A stretch of DNA of 64,000 bases, from positions 46,128,001 to 46,192,000 of the forward strand of contig OX597834.1 of assembly GCA_951406725.2 (NCBI GenBank), in the 5' to 3' direction. Origin of the DNA: Octopus vulgaris. Taxonomy: Eukaryota. A program made the position numbers and the translations under genes. Below, piece by piece: positions 1 through 14,658 of this stretch. The notes beneath the pieces were generated by a model. The model had not been told where the DNA came from. It worked only from the letters and a program-made list of their open reading frames with translations, and did no database searches. Position 1 is the first letter of the stretch; every line of letters begins with the position of its first letter.

Positions 1-17
1 TATGCTTATGTATACAT

Positions 18-54
<37 letters not shown>

Positions 55-1373
55 CTTTATATTTGTTTGCAGATCTGCCTATATTTGCAGTGTCTACTTA
101 CACACACAAGCATGCACACAAACACACATAAGCACACACACACACGCACACACATATGCACACATGCATACCGACACATACACACACACATGTGTGTGTT
201 TGTGTGTGTTTACACATATACGGTACACCCTTAATTTATTTTACCCGCATGTATATTCGCCTATTTAAAACTATATATGAGCAATTTTTGTTAGTTATGC
301 GCGAGTACCATTTCGAATTCCTTTCGATATCATATATGTGTCACTGTGTCTTTGTGAGTGTGTGTACCACGTGTATGTGTATGTGCGTGAGCGTGAGCGT
401 GTACGAGTATGCTTGAGTGAGTGTGTGTGTGTTTATACGTATGTATTTTGCTTGTGGGTGTGTTGGGAGAAGACACTCATAATCCAAGAGTTTATTCTCA
501 TTTTTTTGGATACCTTTCAAGAAATGTCACAGAAGTTTCAGAATCTAAGAGAAACGCGATAAAAATTGTAAATGGTGTTGGGGGGGTGGAGGTGGAGGGG
601 TGGCGGGGTTGGTGATCGTGGTACTAGTGGTAGGGCGGGTGATGACAGTGCTTGCGATGATGGTAGTTGTTGATGACAGTGTTGGTGGTAGATGCAAATG
701 ATAACGACAATGTTTACGATGAAGCTGGCGATGGGGATACAGACGATCGCAACGAAGTAGACGCCGACGAAGATGATACTGATGATGATGAGGCTGAGGG
801 GGAGCAGAAAGATGAGGGGAGGGGTAGGAAGCGGACCGAGGATGTGGACGACGACGACGACAACGACAATGATGATGATGTATATTAGTCACAGTGAGCC
901 ATGAAATGGCACACCTAAAATGAAAGGCCTTCCAATGGTGACCATCCCACCATTGTCCTATGCGCAGGAAAACCGGAACTATATTATCAAATATATAATT
1001 TACAAGATACAAACACGCAAACACACACACGCACGCACGCACACACACATACACACACACACACTCAAGGCAATTGTTAAACAGATAATTTCAAACCCCC
1101 TTTTGCCCATGCAGTAGGATCACGTGACAGGTGTCTGTGGCTCTCTGGCCTTTCATGCCAACAACATTTGCCACATTAGCTTTGGTGGGAAAAGCATACT
1201 TTTCGAAAGAAACCTCGTGTGTGTCTGTATGTGTGTGTGTATATATATATATGTTGAAACATCTCAGCATGTTCTTTGTCTATCTTCTTACGTTCCGGGA
1301 GATTTTAGGTATAATTATACTAATGTGTTCATCTGTTCTAATTTAATTAAATTCTATGTCTTAATTAAATTCT

Positions 1374-1450
1374 ATGTAGCTGAATATTGCTCTGCATTTT
1401 AAATTGCATTGTTCAATTAAATGGAGTTGCATGAAACGATCGTACTACAT
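1374..1450 (+). ncRNA. Degenerate type I hammerhead motif
   Basis: ATGTAG-CTGAATA-(T)TGC...GCA(T)-GAAA-CGATCG-TA-CTACAT: perfect 6-bp stem I, palindromic stem III and GUA triplet. The core has G8>T. Confidence 0.7.
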
Positions 1451-1576
1451 TACTTCTGGATATACTGTTGCTTATTTTGTTTTAATCATCTTTCTTTGAA
1501 ATTGTATGGAGAACATCGTACTAAATTCTGGTGCCTCAACTTAAGTACCATATTCATCTGATTCTATATATATATA

Positions 1577-1631
<55 letters not shown>

Positions 1632-1938
1632 CATATAACTATATACAGATTTATACAGGTACACACACACATACTCACACTCACACACACATACACACAC
1701 AAGAAATACGCGCCCGACAAATTGCTGTCTTTACAACCATTTCTTAGAGTCTTTTGCGGTCAAGGCCTTCTTAAGATGGTATTTCAATGAAGAATGCTTC
1801 CTCTTTTAAAATGTCATCTAAATCATAGCTGGGCAGCTGGAATGCTTTTAGTAACGTCTTCATAAATATCGTACATACATACGTAGATGCGTAGAAATTT
1901 GTACATTATCGGAACAGCAAACTCTATGTAAAAAAAAC

Positions 1939-2060
1939 TAGCTTCCCAACCTCATGGTTCCTGGTTCAGTCCCACTGTGCGGCACCTTGAGCAAATGTCT
2001 TCTACTATAGCCTGGATTTGGCAGACAGAAACTCAAAGAAGCCCGTCGTGTATATATATT

Positions 2061-2140
<80 letters not shown>

Positions 2141-2290
2141 TGTGTGTGTTTGTGTGTGTGTGAATGTATACATTTATGTCTGTGTCGTTGTACCTCTGTT
2201 TGTCCCCCCCACCCTCCCACCTTCGCTTGACAATCGATGTTGGTGTGTTTATGCCCCCGAAACTTAGCGGTTCGGCAAAAGATACCGATC
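1939..2290 (+). mobile_element. SINE family B with expanded internal (TG)n
   Basis: GGTTCAGTCCCACTGTGCGGCACCTTGAGCAAATGTCTTCTACTATAGCC...CTTGACAATCGATGTTGGTGTGTTT. Confidence 0.85.
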
Positions 2291-2877
2291 AACATAAAAG
2301 CTCTAATCCATGGCGGAGGATTGGCGCCGCTTTAAGGACATCCCAGTGGATGCATGCTTTGCACTATTGGTCCCTACACTTTGCGCTCCGATCTCATATG
2401 TTGTTAGTGCGTACATGGATAGAAAACTTAATCCGTTGCTTGGTTTAACCCCAATATCTGATAATCTAGTGTTTAGTAGCTTTAGTAGAGAATCCACTCG
2501 GTTGCAGACATTCAGGTCAAGTTTTCGCTTAGAAGATACCATCCTCAACCCCCTCCCTGTCAGTGTCGGAAAAGCCTTGTAAAGGTCATGGCCCCTGCCT
2601 TCGGTAAAGGATAAAAAAATTCCCTATTTATGAATGAAAAGACGGAACCTCTATATTCGGGACGGCTTTGCTTCTCTTACTAACTTTGCTGCTTGCACTG
2701 ACCTAGGATGACCCACTCAATCACGTGGGCTTAGATATATTATGTCTTCTTAAAGTTTTACGACCCAAGGAGGAAGGCCTTTCATCAGATATCATTTGCA
2801 CGATTTGAACTTATTTGGGATTAAATAACAACAAAGTTTTCGAGAGTAGACCCGCACATTTATCAATTGTTTCTGTG

Positions 2878-3175
2878 GATCACGTGACGTATTTTCACTA
2901 CGTCACATGATACATTTTAATTACGTTGCATGGCATATTTCTATCGTAATATGACTCGTTTTATACGAAGCTACATGGAGCATATTCATTGGCACATGAC
3001 ATTTTAAAATGAAACTACATGGGTTATTTTCATTGTCACGTGAGAAATGTTACATGTCACCACATTGGCTATTTTCATAAAGTCACAAGGCACGTTTTAC
3101 ATGAAACCATGTGTTACATTTTCATAGTCCCATGACGCGTTTGCATTATGTCACATGGCCCATGTCACATGACAT
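2878..3175. repeat. Degenerate minisatellite of about 22-24 bp rich in GTCACATG/CACGTG
   Basis: Repeated (g)TCACATG-N-TTTTCA pattern. Confidence 0.7.
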
Positions 3176-4149
3176 CAATGGGATGTAGAATTCGGTGTAG
3201 ACGCACAGAAAGAATGATCTTCGAATGAATACAGTCTATATCTACTGATGTTGCACATGGGGTGGGTTCTTGAAAGATAATGATGATGATGATAGCAGTG
3301 TTGATGTTGGTTGTGGGATCATTTTTTATACCTAACCTTAGGTCAACCTTAATTGGCCTGACGTTTGATCTAAGACATTCCAGCTGTAGCCATCCCTTCG
3401 AGTTTTCATTTTTACTTATGTGCAAAGAATCGAGAGATTCTAAAGTAGCCTTTTGTTTTTTAAGTCAATAGATGTTTGAGGAGGAATTGCCTGCTATTTA
3501 TTGCATGTCAAGTAATCACGTTCAATATGCCTCATTGACTTATGGTCTTGGTTTTGTGATATTTTTATGCTTCCAATGCTGTTGGTATACGGTTGTTATT
3601 GTTGCTGTTGTTGTTGTAGTTATTGGTTGTTGATGTTGTCTAACCTTAAACCAACCCTTGTTGAGCAGATCCGTAATCTCACACTCCAGCTGTTAACAAC
3701 TCACCTTTCTGTGTTACCTAGGACTATATTATCCAACATGATTTGAAGCAGACTTGGTTGCTATGTTTTGCAGGATGAAGGAGAAGGAAAAAGAGGGAGA
3801 GAGCAGAAGATCCAGAGAATGAAAGAGAGAGAGCGAAAGACCGATAGAGCGAAAGAGCATGAGTGCGAAAGAGCTAAAGAACGAGAGAGCGTAAAAACGA
3901 GAAAGTGACAGAACGAGAGAGCGAAACAGAGACAGAATGAAAGAAAGAGAAGCGGAAGAATGAGGGAGTGAAAAAACGATTTTGAACATTAAGGGTGCTC
4001 ATAGATTTTGAACATTATGGGTACTGAATTATAAGGAAACTGATTGAGGAAAAGCGCGATAATTGAGAAGTTGAAACCCGCTGTTTCCAGTTAAAATGTC
4101 GATGCACCAAATTCGTATTCACCAAACATGTTTCACATGAAGTATTCCG

Positions 4150-5436
4150 ACAATATCAATATAATATGATTGAATTTTTATTGTTTTTTCTATCGATTTT
4201 GTTAAATATTTTCATTAAATTTCTTTAAATATTTCTTATTAAAAAGCGGTAATAGCACAAAAGAGCAAAGGAATTATTGTTTTTAAACCAAGAAATTTTA
4301 TATTAATTATACTTTTTAATTATAGTTTAGAAATTTACATGATGGGGGTCGACAAGTTATCAGCGATTCTATGAAAGGGGTCAATGAAGTATAGAGCAAA
4401 AGAGTGAGAGAACGAACGAATGAGAGAGCGAAAAAGTGAGGGAGTGAAAGAGCCAGAGAACGAAAGAGTGAGAGGGGGAGAGAGTCAGAAATTGAAAGAG
4501 AGTGCAAGCGAAAACGTCGGGGGATTCCTTGTTGTCGCGACATTGTTTTTGTCTGATATCAATGGTTGTGTCAGACTGTGGATGGTAATTTATATATGTT
4601 AAAAATAGCATCCAAATTTCCTACAAATCACATCCTACTATCTTACGTGTTTATACCTGTATATTTGAAATTTATAGAAAAACAAAATGCGAAGACAACT
4701 GTATGAACAACATGAAAGTGTTTTGAGCCTACGTTCTTCAACAGAAAGGAATGAGAAAAAAAAACCAGAGACAGAATTTAAAAAAATCTTGTAGATTTCA
4801 GCTGTCCAACATGGCGAATGAATAAACTAACAAGGAGAACCTCTAGATCAGAGGTTGGGAAAATGGCCAAGGTTAGCCCTTGGGGATCAGTGTAACTGTC
4901 TAATCGGTTCATGAACACTGTCCGAATATATCAAAAGAACATGCTCAATCGTTAATGTAGGCACGTTTTTATTTCTGCATTTTTGTTTCTCTCTCCAACT
5001 GTTTTCTCTCCACGTTTCTTTCTGTTCAAGTGCATAGGTTCGAAACGTCAAACACTTATATCATTTTCTTTGAGCGTCAAACTAATACACTCTGTTTCTT
5101 GTTCCTTCACCTGCCTCCCTTTCTTTTATTATTATTATTATTTATTTATTTTTTTTTTTGGTTTTTGCATAATCTTGAATTATATATCAATACAATATCA
5201 CTGAACATTTTTAATGTTCATCAATTTTGTTTGGTAATTTCGTTAAATTTCTTTAAATATTTCTAGTTAAAAAACCCCAGTAATGACACAAAAGAAAGCA
5301 GGAATTATTATGTTGAAATGAAGTAACTCATTAATTATACTTTTTTATCATATTTTAGAAATTCAAATGACGGTGGTTGATATGTTGTCGACGATTTCAT
5401 GACTGGGTCAATCATATAAGAAATTTGCGGACCCCT
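4150..5436. repeat. Two diverged direct copies (about 4150-4390 and 5185-5436) of an old DNA-transposon-like end, possibly hAT
   Basis: Shared TTAAATTTCTTTAAATATTTCT...ATTAATTATACTTTTT...TTTAGAAATT...GGGTCAAT; the second copy ends GGACCCCT. Confidence 0.5.
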
Positions 5437-7015
5437 ATTTTATAGCAATACCCCTACACACAGGATGACTATCTGCTCATTCCTTGTTTGTTTCCATTTG
5501 TGTAGGTGGTACCTGGTGTGATCTGGGTACTACAGTACCCAGTCACAGACGGTCGATATTATATTCGAGTTATTTTTCTATTATTTCTTTTGATATTCTT
5601 TGCAACTTATTCCGATGTATTCCAGAGATGTTAGAAGCCGAGACACGATTGGCGTAATGATAGATCTACTGTATTGCTTATTTTTTTATCTTTTTTCTTT
5701 CTTTTCTTTTTACTTATTTCAGTCATTGGACTACGGCCATGATGGGAAACCATTTGAGGTGGGTGTTTTGAGTCAAAAAGATGGACACCAGATATTTAAT
5801 TTTAAATTCATGTACTTAATCTATTGGTATTTTACCAAACCGCAATGTTACGGGGACGTAAATAAACCAACACCATTTCTCATGAATTGGCGGGGACAAA
5901 CACAGACACACAACACACACATTACATATATATATATAAGTATGTATTTATGTATGCATGCATGTATGTATGCTTGCATGTATGTATGCATGCATGTATG
6001 TATGTATGTACGTATGTATGTATGTATGCTTGCATGTATGTATGCATGCATCTATGTATGTATGTATGTATATATTGTTGATTTGAAGGGATAAGAAACT
6101 CAGAGCTTTATCTCGGGAAGCAATCACAGGGATGGCGGCTATTTGAAAATAGCATGCATAACTAGGTCATTGTTAGCATGCCTTTCTATAGATATAATGA
6201 GTGAACAATTACCATGAGTTGTTGAAACATTTGTCAACCGTGAAATAAAGATATCAAAACCCAGTCTCCAATTTTTATCATATATTTATATATTTCATGC
6301 AGTTCCTGTCTAAAAAATTTCATTCACAGTGCATTCGTCGGTCCGTAGGTATATAAGGTGTCACCTGCTCAAGGCGCCACGTAATGTAGCACTCAATCCA
6401 ATGCTGCGTAGTTGCAAAGCGAACTTGTCAACCAAACTGCCATGACTACGCCTACACAATAATTTGCCTGCGCCTGTACAATGGTGTTGTTATTTGATCG
6501 TGTTGACTAAAGTGCCGTACATTTAAACGCTTTAAATATTGGTCGTGCGCCATTTTGCTTTGTTTACAAATGTCCTTTCCACGAATAAATACGATGTGTT
6601 CTGAAAGTTATATAGGAAGCCGTATGTAATTTTATCTGGTCTGTAGAAGGGAAGTATATTTACATTGTTGCGTGCGATGGCTGGCTTTTACTTGATATTA
6701 TCTGGTGGCTGTTGTTGGCCAGAGAAAGAAAAGGTGATAATGGATTTGCTGGTAGATGATACTCATTTCGACGCCATGGTTCTTAGTTACAGATACAGAG
6801 TAAGGGAAAAAGTTGAGCAACTCTATTCGAGAATAATGATGGAAAGGAATGATGTAAGACTGATATCAATTTGGTTTGTATGAGCTTTGATTTTTTATTT
6901 CATGTTACTAGCATCATTATCCTCATCATCATCGTCGTTATTGTTGTTGATATTGTTGTTGTTGTTATTATCATTATTATTATCGTTGTTTTCGTTGTTG
7001 TTCTTGTTGTTGTTG

Positions 7016-7082
<67 letters not shown>

Positions 7083-7183
7083 AAAGGCGACGAGCTGGCC
7101 GAATCGTTAGCGCATCGGATAAAGTGCTTAGCGCTATTTCTTAAGACTCTTTAAGTTCTTAGTTCAAATCCCATCGAGGTCGA

Positions 7184-7530
7184 CCCGCTGAAATGGTCCT
7201 TGAATAAAGATTATGTCAGGATGTCGAACAAAACACCTACGTTTCCAGAGGTGAATTATTCAAACTACAAAGAATTCTTCTCAACATATGGTTACGATGC
7301 TCCCCCACTATTTCTGCTCTTGATCAGAGATGCACATATCATCAGCCACCTAAGGACATGCTGAACTAGCGAAGATCAAACAACTGACAAGCAAATCTGT
7401 GGTATTGAGGAGAATATTTGCTGTAGCCCATCTTTTATACCAAGACAAAACAATGTACATGATAACACTTCCAATCAGTTAAGATCAGAAGCCATGTGAG
7501 CCACTGCCTGGTACTGCATCAGGGCATTTA
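7184..7530. mobile_element. Partial inverted copy of the 52702-53238 element, joined to a SINE head
   Basis: Reverse complement matches about 52702-53050 (e.g. CAAGACAAAACAATGTACATGATAACACTTCCAATCAGTTAAGATC). Confidence 0.75.
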
Positions 7531-7924
7531 TAGATAGAAATGAAAACGATATATTTAATATATTACACAAAAAATATGTCGATATTGATACACACTGGCC
7601 GCCAGGTGGTGTTCTTTGCGGGGTAACCTCTAAGAAGTAAAAGTAGCAGCTAAACCGCAACTACTTTAAGCTCATCTTCCCCCTCCCCCGATTCAGATCT
7701 TAACCGATTTTCTATTCTTTAATACGGATATAATGCAGTAAATAATATATTGTTATATGTGCCCACTCATCAAAATGTGTTGGCCACAGTTGGAACACAT
7801 TTGATCATAGTAGATCGTGGAAAGGGTCCACCGTGTGCTGAACATCAGTCACTGCTGAATACACCAACATAAACATTTTTACAGTTTTTACTGCTATTGC
7901 TGCTTTTAATATTAAAATAATCGT

Positions 7925-9130
7925 TTCTCTTATAGGTAAAAAGAGCTGCAATTTAGTGATGGGGTGGGGTATAGTCGATTACATCGACCCCAGTGTTTAA
8001 CAGGTACGAATTTCAATGACCTCGGGAGGATGAAATGCAAAGTCGACCACGGCGGAATTTGACGGGTAAAATGCCGCCAAGCTTTTTTTCCCGTGCTCTG
8101 ACCATTCTGCCAGCTCGCCACTTTAACTACTAAAAATGGCACAAGTCCAGCGTTTCCTGAGGATGGGTAAGTCGATTAAATCGAACTCGGTTTTCAACTG
8201 GTGAATTATTTCATCGACTGCGAAAGGATGAAAATCAGAGCCGCCTTCGGCGTAATTTGAACTCAGAACGTAAAGACAGACGAAATACCACCAAGCATTA
8301 TGTTCCGTGCTCCAGTTTTCCTGGCAGCTGGTCTCCTTAACTACTTTTTTTTATTGTTTCAGTCATTTGACTGTAGCCTTGCAGGAGCACCGCCTTTAGT
8401 CGAGCAGATCGACGCCAGGACTTATTCTTTGTAAGCATAGTACTTATTCTATCGGTCTCTTTTGCTAAGTTACGGGGACGTAAACACATCAGCATCGGTT
8501 GTCAAGCACAGACATACAAACATATACACACATACATACATACATACATACCTACATACATACATACATACATACATACATACATACATACAAATAATGG
8601 TTTCAAATTTTGGCACAAATCCAGCATCTTCCAGGTATTGGTCAGCCGATTATATCGACATCAGTGTTAACTGGTAAGTATTTCCCCGACACCGTATGGA
8701 CAAAAATCCTAGCCGACCTAGGAGGAATTTGAACTCAGAACGCAAAGACGGACGAAATGCCGCTAAGCAATTCGTTCCCCGCTCTAATGATTCTACCAGC
8801 TCGCCTCTTTAACTACTACAACCAATAACAATAACTGCTTCAAATTTTGGCACAAGGCCAGCAGTTTTAGGGCCAGGCGCAAATCGATTTCCTCAACTCC
8901 AGTGCTTGATTAGTACATATTTTATCGAATCCAGCTGGACGAACTTCTAAGTCACACTAAGCCTGATTTTGGTAATATACTAATAACAATAATAGTACAA
9001 ATTTCAAATAACAGTAATTCTTTCGAATCTGGAGACAAGGCCACCGATTTGAAGGGAAGGAGGTGAGTCGAGTCATCTTTTATCGACCCCACTGGGATAA
9101 AATAAAAAAGGTGACTTCGGCAGGATTTGG
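7925..9130 (-). mobile_element. Cluster of about five co-oriented family A SINE copies or fragments plus a family B tail (8345-8506)
   Basis: Repeated GGAATTTGAACTCAGAACG, CTGCCAGCTCGCC and GGCACAAGGCCAGC motifs. Confidence 0.8.
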
Positions 9131-9937
9131 ATGGTGAACATTAAAAGAGTCGTAACAAATTGCGCACAAACAATGTTTCTGACGATTCTAAAAAATCCTT
9201 AATAAAAGCCACTGCGACGACGACGACGATGTTACAGAAGATCATGATGGTGCTGTTGATGATGATGATGATGACGATGATGACGATGATGATGATGGTC
9301 GTGGTAGCTTTAGTTATGAAGGTGGTGGTGGTGGTGGTGGTGGTTGTCGTCGTCGTCGTCCTCGTGAAATATTCTGATGAAATAATTGTGATGCTGCTGA
9401 TGGTGATGATCATAATGATGATGATGAAGTTGACGACGACGACGATGATGATAATGGTAGTGGTAGTATTAGTTATGATGATGGTGGTGGTGGTGGTGGT
9501 GGTGGTGGTGGTGAAATATGGTGGTGATGATGATGATGACGATAATGATGACGACGATGATGATGATGGTGTTGATGATGATGGTGATGATGATAGCGTT
9601 GATGGTATTGGTGGTGGTGGTGGTGGTGGCGATAGTGGTAATGCAGTGAGTGTGGTGGCAGAGAAGAAAGAGAGCTTAGTGACAGCCAACCACCAAGCCG
9701 TGTTCTGTTCGATGGCCTCACTTGCAGCGTAGCCAACCGTTGCGTAGTATGTGCGGCGGAGAAAAAAGCACGTGGGCGGGAATTTATCAGCGCATTGATA
9801 TTGTAATATCATATAGACGTACACGCATGCTTACTGGAGCAAACGCGCGAGCGCGCAACCACCCCCCCTCCTCAACGCACACATGCACAAACACACAGGT
9901 ATGTACACACATAGTTATCTGTATGCGCATGCATATG

Positions 9938-9974
<37 letters not shown>

Positions 9975-10050
9975 GCACACGGACCCACATGATGAGTAAA
10001 CCATGCAAAGCATGCTCACAATGCCACATGAGGACAAATGGATATACACG

Positions 10051-10109
<59 letters not shown>

Positions 10110-10735
10110 AGTGAGAGACAGACAGACAGACAGACAGACCGACAGATAGAGATATAGATAGACAGACAGACAAACAGTTCGATAGATAGACTGGTAGGTA
10201 GGTAGAGAGAGAGAGAGACATTGATAGATAGATAGATAAATAGATAGAGAGAGAGAGAGAAAGAAAGAGAGAGAGAGAAAGACAGAGATATAGAGAGATA
10301 GATGAATACATACATACATATGTACAAAGAGAGAGACATAGACAGATAGAGAGAGAGAGAGAGACAAATACATACATATATATATATATATATACACACA
10401 CGCATACATGTATGCATATATACAGAGAGAACGTGTGTGTGAGAGAGGGAGAGAGAAAGAGAGAAAAAAGGAAGGGAGGAAAGAAAGAAGAAAAGAAAAA
10501 ATGAAAGAAGGAAAGAAAGAAAGAAGGAAAGAAAGAAAGAAGGAGTGATGCGTACGCACATTCGTTCATGTACACACATAGCGATATCGAATCAGCGAGG
10601 TGTATCAAATTATGCTTATATATACAGCTTTGAATGTGAAAGTGAAATAAAGTCACTCACACGTACAAACACGCGCGCGCGCACGCAAACAACGCACACA
10701 CACACACACACACACACACGCATATACTCACATCC

Positions 10736-10797
<62 letters not shown>

Positions 10798-10912
10798 ATG
10801 CCTGCATGTAAGTATTCAATTAACCTATATATATATATATATGTATATATATGTAGTATGAATGCGCTTGTGCGAGAGTGAGAGACTCAGTCAGACGTAC
10901 AAAAAGAGATAC

Positions 10913-10949
<37 letters not shown>

Positions 10950-11118
10950 ATATGCGCGTGTATTGGTGTGAGTGAAGGAATGAATATGGGTTAGAATAGT
11001 TCCTGGTGAACAGTTATAAATGGTAACTGAATGTATTTTATAAGTAAAAGAATTACAGGCGATCACTAAATACTCCACATACATTTCAGTGTTATTGTCT
11101 CGTATATATTATACTCCG

Positions 11119-11179
<61 letters not shown>

Positions 11180-11304
11180 TTTAGCAAATATTTAGATTCA
11201 GATGAATATGGCACTTAAGTTAAAGGCACCAGAATTTGGTCTGGTATTATCCATATAAATCAAATGGGGTGATTATATATCCTTGTTGCTTATTTTGAGT
11301 GTAT

Positions 11305-11381
<77 letters not shown>

Positions 11382-11604
11382 GGGAATGACAGTTGAAAAG
11401 GCGTATGTAAAAGAAGACTCTGCTCGTGTGTACGGGAGTGTGTGGGAGTGTTTGTCTTTCAGCATGTGTAACTATGTCAGCTTACCTACATACGCAGATA
11501 CATACACACACAATTTGCACAGAAACATGAATCTATACGTATTTATGTGTAAAGTATATATGTTGGTATCTATCTATCAATCTATCTATCTATCTATCTA
11601 TCTA

Positions 11605-11676
<72 letters not shown>

Positions 11677-11768
11677 ATATATATATGAATGTATGTAAAT
11701 ATATATCAGAGAGAACAACCTAAATGAACACATACACACACACACACATGCATACATGTATATTTATA

Positions 11769-11811
<43 letters not shown>

Positions 11812-11826
11812 GAGAGAGAGAGAGAC

Positions 11827-11899
<73 letters not shown>

Positions 11900-12578
11900 T
11901 AAGTATGTAAATGCATATATAGTGTTATGCTCTGTTTTTGTTGATGCGATGAGTTCAAAATGTGTTACTTTCCGGCGAAATGCAAATATATGATATTTGG
12001 GAAAAAGGGATATGAATGTGAACATGATATAGAGTACATACACACACATATATATATATATAGAGAGAGAGAGGGGATGAGAGAGAGAGAGGAAGAAATG
12101 TAGGTAGATAGATATTTATGCGAGTACATACGTACAAACATTCTCGTCTATATGATATCACGCTACAGACGACATGAAATGTCAGGAGGTTGTGGAAAAT
12201 TGCAGTTAGTGAAAATCTCAAACATTGTGATCGAATCCGAGAACGTGTTGCTGGATAGGGAACTGCTTCACCATACGGAGATTCTGTACCTACATGTCCC
12301 TATGTGTGTAGAATGAGTAACTTGGAAAAATAAACAGGAGTATAAAGTTGGAGAAAGAAACCGGTTGTAACGATGAATGATCTTTTAACTCAATAGATAA
12401 TCCTCTAACTTGCAGAGACACTGATGAAACCAGTAATGGTGAAACCGTTACATGTACATATATGTATACCTTTGACTTTATCATAGGAGCCTAATTTCGC
12501 TGACAACAAAGGCTGATGAATGTCATCGTAAACGATAAGTGTATCTTGTTGGTTAAGGCAGTTCTCAGAGAGTAGAAG

Positions 12579-12676
<98 letters not shown>

Positions 12677-12998
12677 AACGATTGAAACAAAGAGAAAGGA
12701 GGCAAAATTGAGCTCGAAGAGATTCTATCTCAGAAACCAAACAGCGGAAAGAAATAACGGCAAGTATTGTATACGACATACTGCCTCCTCGACCAACGGA
12801 CTGCATTTCATTAGAAACCTTTGTCACAAATATATACATAAATATATTGTGTCTGCAGATAAGACTGACTGGTCATCTCTGGAGTGGCTTTGACCATAGA
12901 TGCCTCGCTCGATCATAGCTGATATGGGTGAAGCAACAACACTAATCAACGTTATTTGATATGAATGCATACATACATACATACATACATACATACAA

Positions 12999-13036
<38 letters not shown>

Positions 13037-13041
13037 ATATG

Positions 13042-13078
<37 letters not shown>

Positions 13079-13761
13079 ATGTATGTATATATTAATTATT
13101 GGATATGTAAGTAGATAGATGGAGAGATACATGCATACATGCATTCATTCATTTATTCAGACAGACAGATAGATAATAGATAGATTGATAGATATATATG
13201 CATATATGTGTATGTGTTATTTTCGAGAGTGTGTATGTTTGTGAAAAAGAACACACACCTTTACATAAACACACATATATATTCATGCATACATACATAC
13301 ATACATACATACATACATACATACATACATACATACATACATACATACATACATGTATGCATCCATGCATGCATATACAGAGAGACAGAACCACTTACGC
13401 TGGACTTCCCGCAGATCGTGATAAGGCGGTAAACTCTAACTCAACAGTCAATCGCGGTCGGGAAGCAATTACCGATACAGTAACATGAAACTCAAACCCT
13501 GTCTACGAGCGTATTGTTCTTCCGACCACACACATAAATGCACATGCTCACAATCAAATATACACTCATACATATACGCACGCAAGCACGTTTACAGGGC
13601 CAAATACATACTCACACACGCTCACACACACATATACATGCACAGTGCACATGCACGTCCACACACAAAACATGCGTATAGGCTCTTACGCCCAGGCAGA
13701 AATTCCCAAGCATATGCAGTTGTTTTTCTGGTTTTTATTGCATACATACATACACAAATAT

Positions 13762-13830
<69 letters not shown>

Positions 13831-14095
13831 TATACATACATTCATTTATGCATACAACCATACACACATGTATGCACGTATACAGGAGTCCTTACATATA
13901 TACACACACACATAAATATATGTATGTATTCATGTATGCATATATATATATACAGGGGGAATTCACAAAAAAGACAGATGGTGTAGACAACGAACTGGTG
14001 TATTAGTATAACCTCAGGAAGTGAAAACGTCTTTAACGTTTCGAGCCTACGCTCTTAAACACATATATATGCGTGTATGTCTGTATATATGCATG

Positions 14096-14197
<102 letters not shown>

Positions 14198-14658
14198 CAT
14201 GTATGTAGGTATGAATGTATGTATGTATGAATGTATGTGTGTGTGTGTGTGTGTATTTACGTATACGTCTGTGCGAATTGATGAGAAATCAGCAGTTACT
14301 ACACCCTGTCTCTAATTTTAGAGCTATACCAATAATTATTCTAACACTTGGCTTCGTGTCTAACTGCCTCAGTAGCAATCTTGAGAAAGCGCACTTCATA
14401 AAACCAAGATGTCTAATCAGAAAATTGCAGCAAGAATCTGTCAAAGATGGTGTCGAAATATTTGAAACCTTCATGAAAGTTAATGGGTAAGACCCAAATA
14501 TGTAACGACATCTATGGCAGTGTCTTTCCCAATTGTTCATAATTGTGCACATGCCCACATACATATAAACATACACGCACGCGTGCACACACACAGACAC
14601 AAACACACATATATAATTGCATACATATATATATACATATATACATATGTGTGCATAC

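Noticed and set aside
2303-2700. Overlapping ORFs in non-simple sequence
   Set aside because: No recognisable motif or splice signals; probably a decayed retroelement fragment that cannot be classified by eye.
10995-11040. CTGGTGA plus CAGTTA/TAACTG hairpin as a hammerhead
   Set aside because: Altered core, no GAAA-palindrome-UH segment and no stem I.
13389-13505. Minus-strand GC|GTAAGT donor with an open frame ([34 protein letters not shown])
   Set aside because: No polypyrimidine tract at the candidate acceptors and no recognisable domain; not supportable as an exon.
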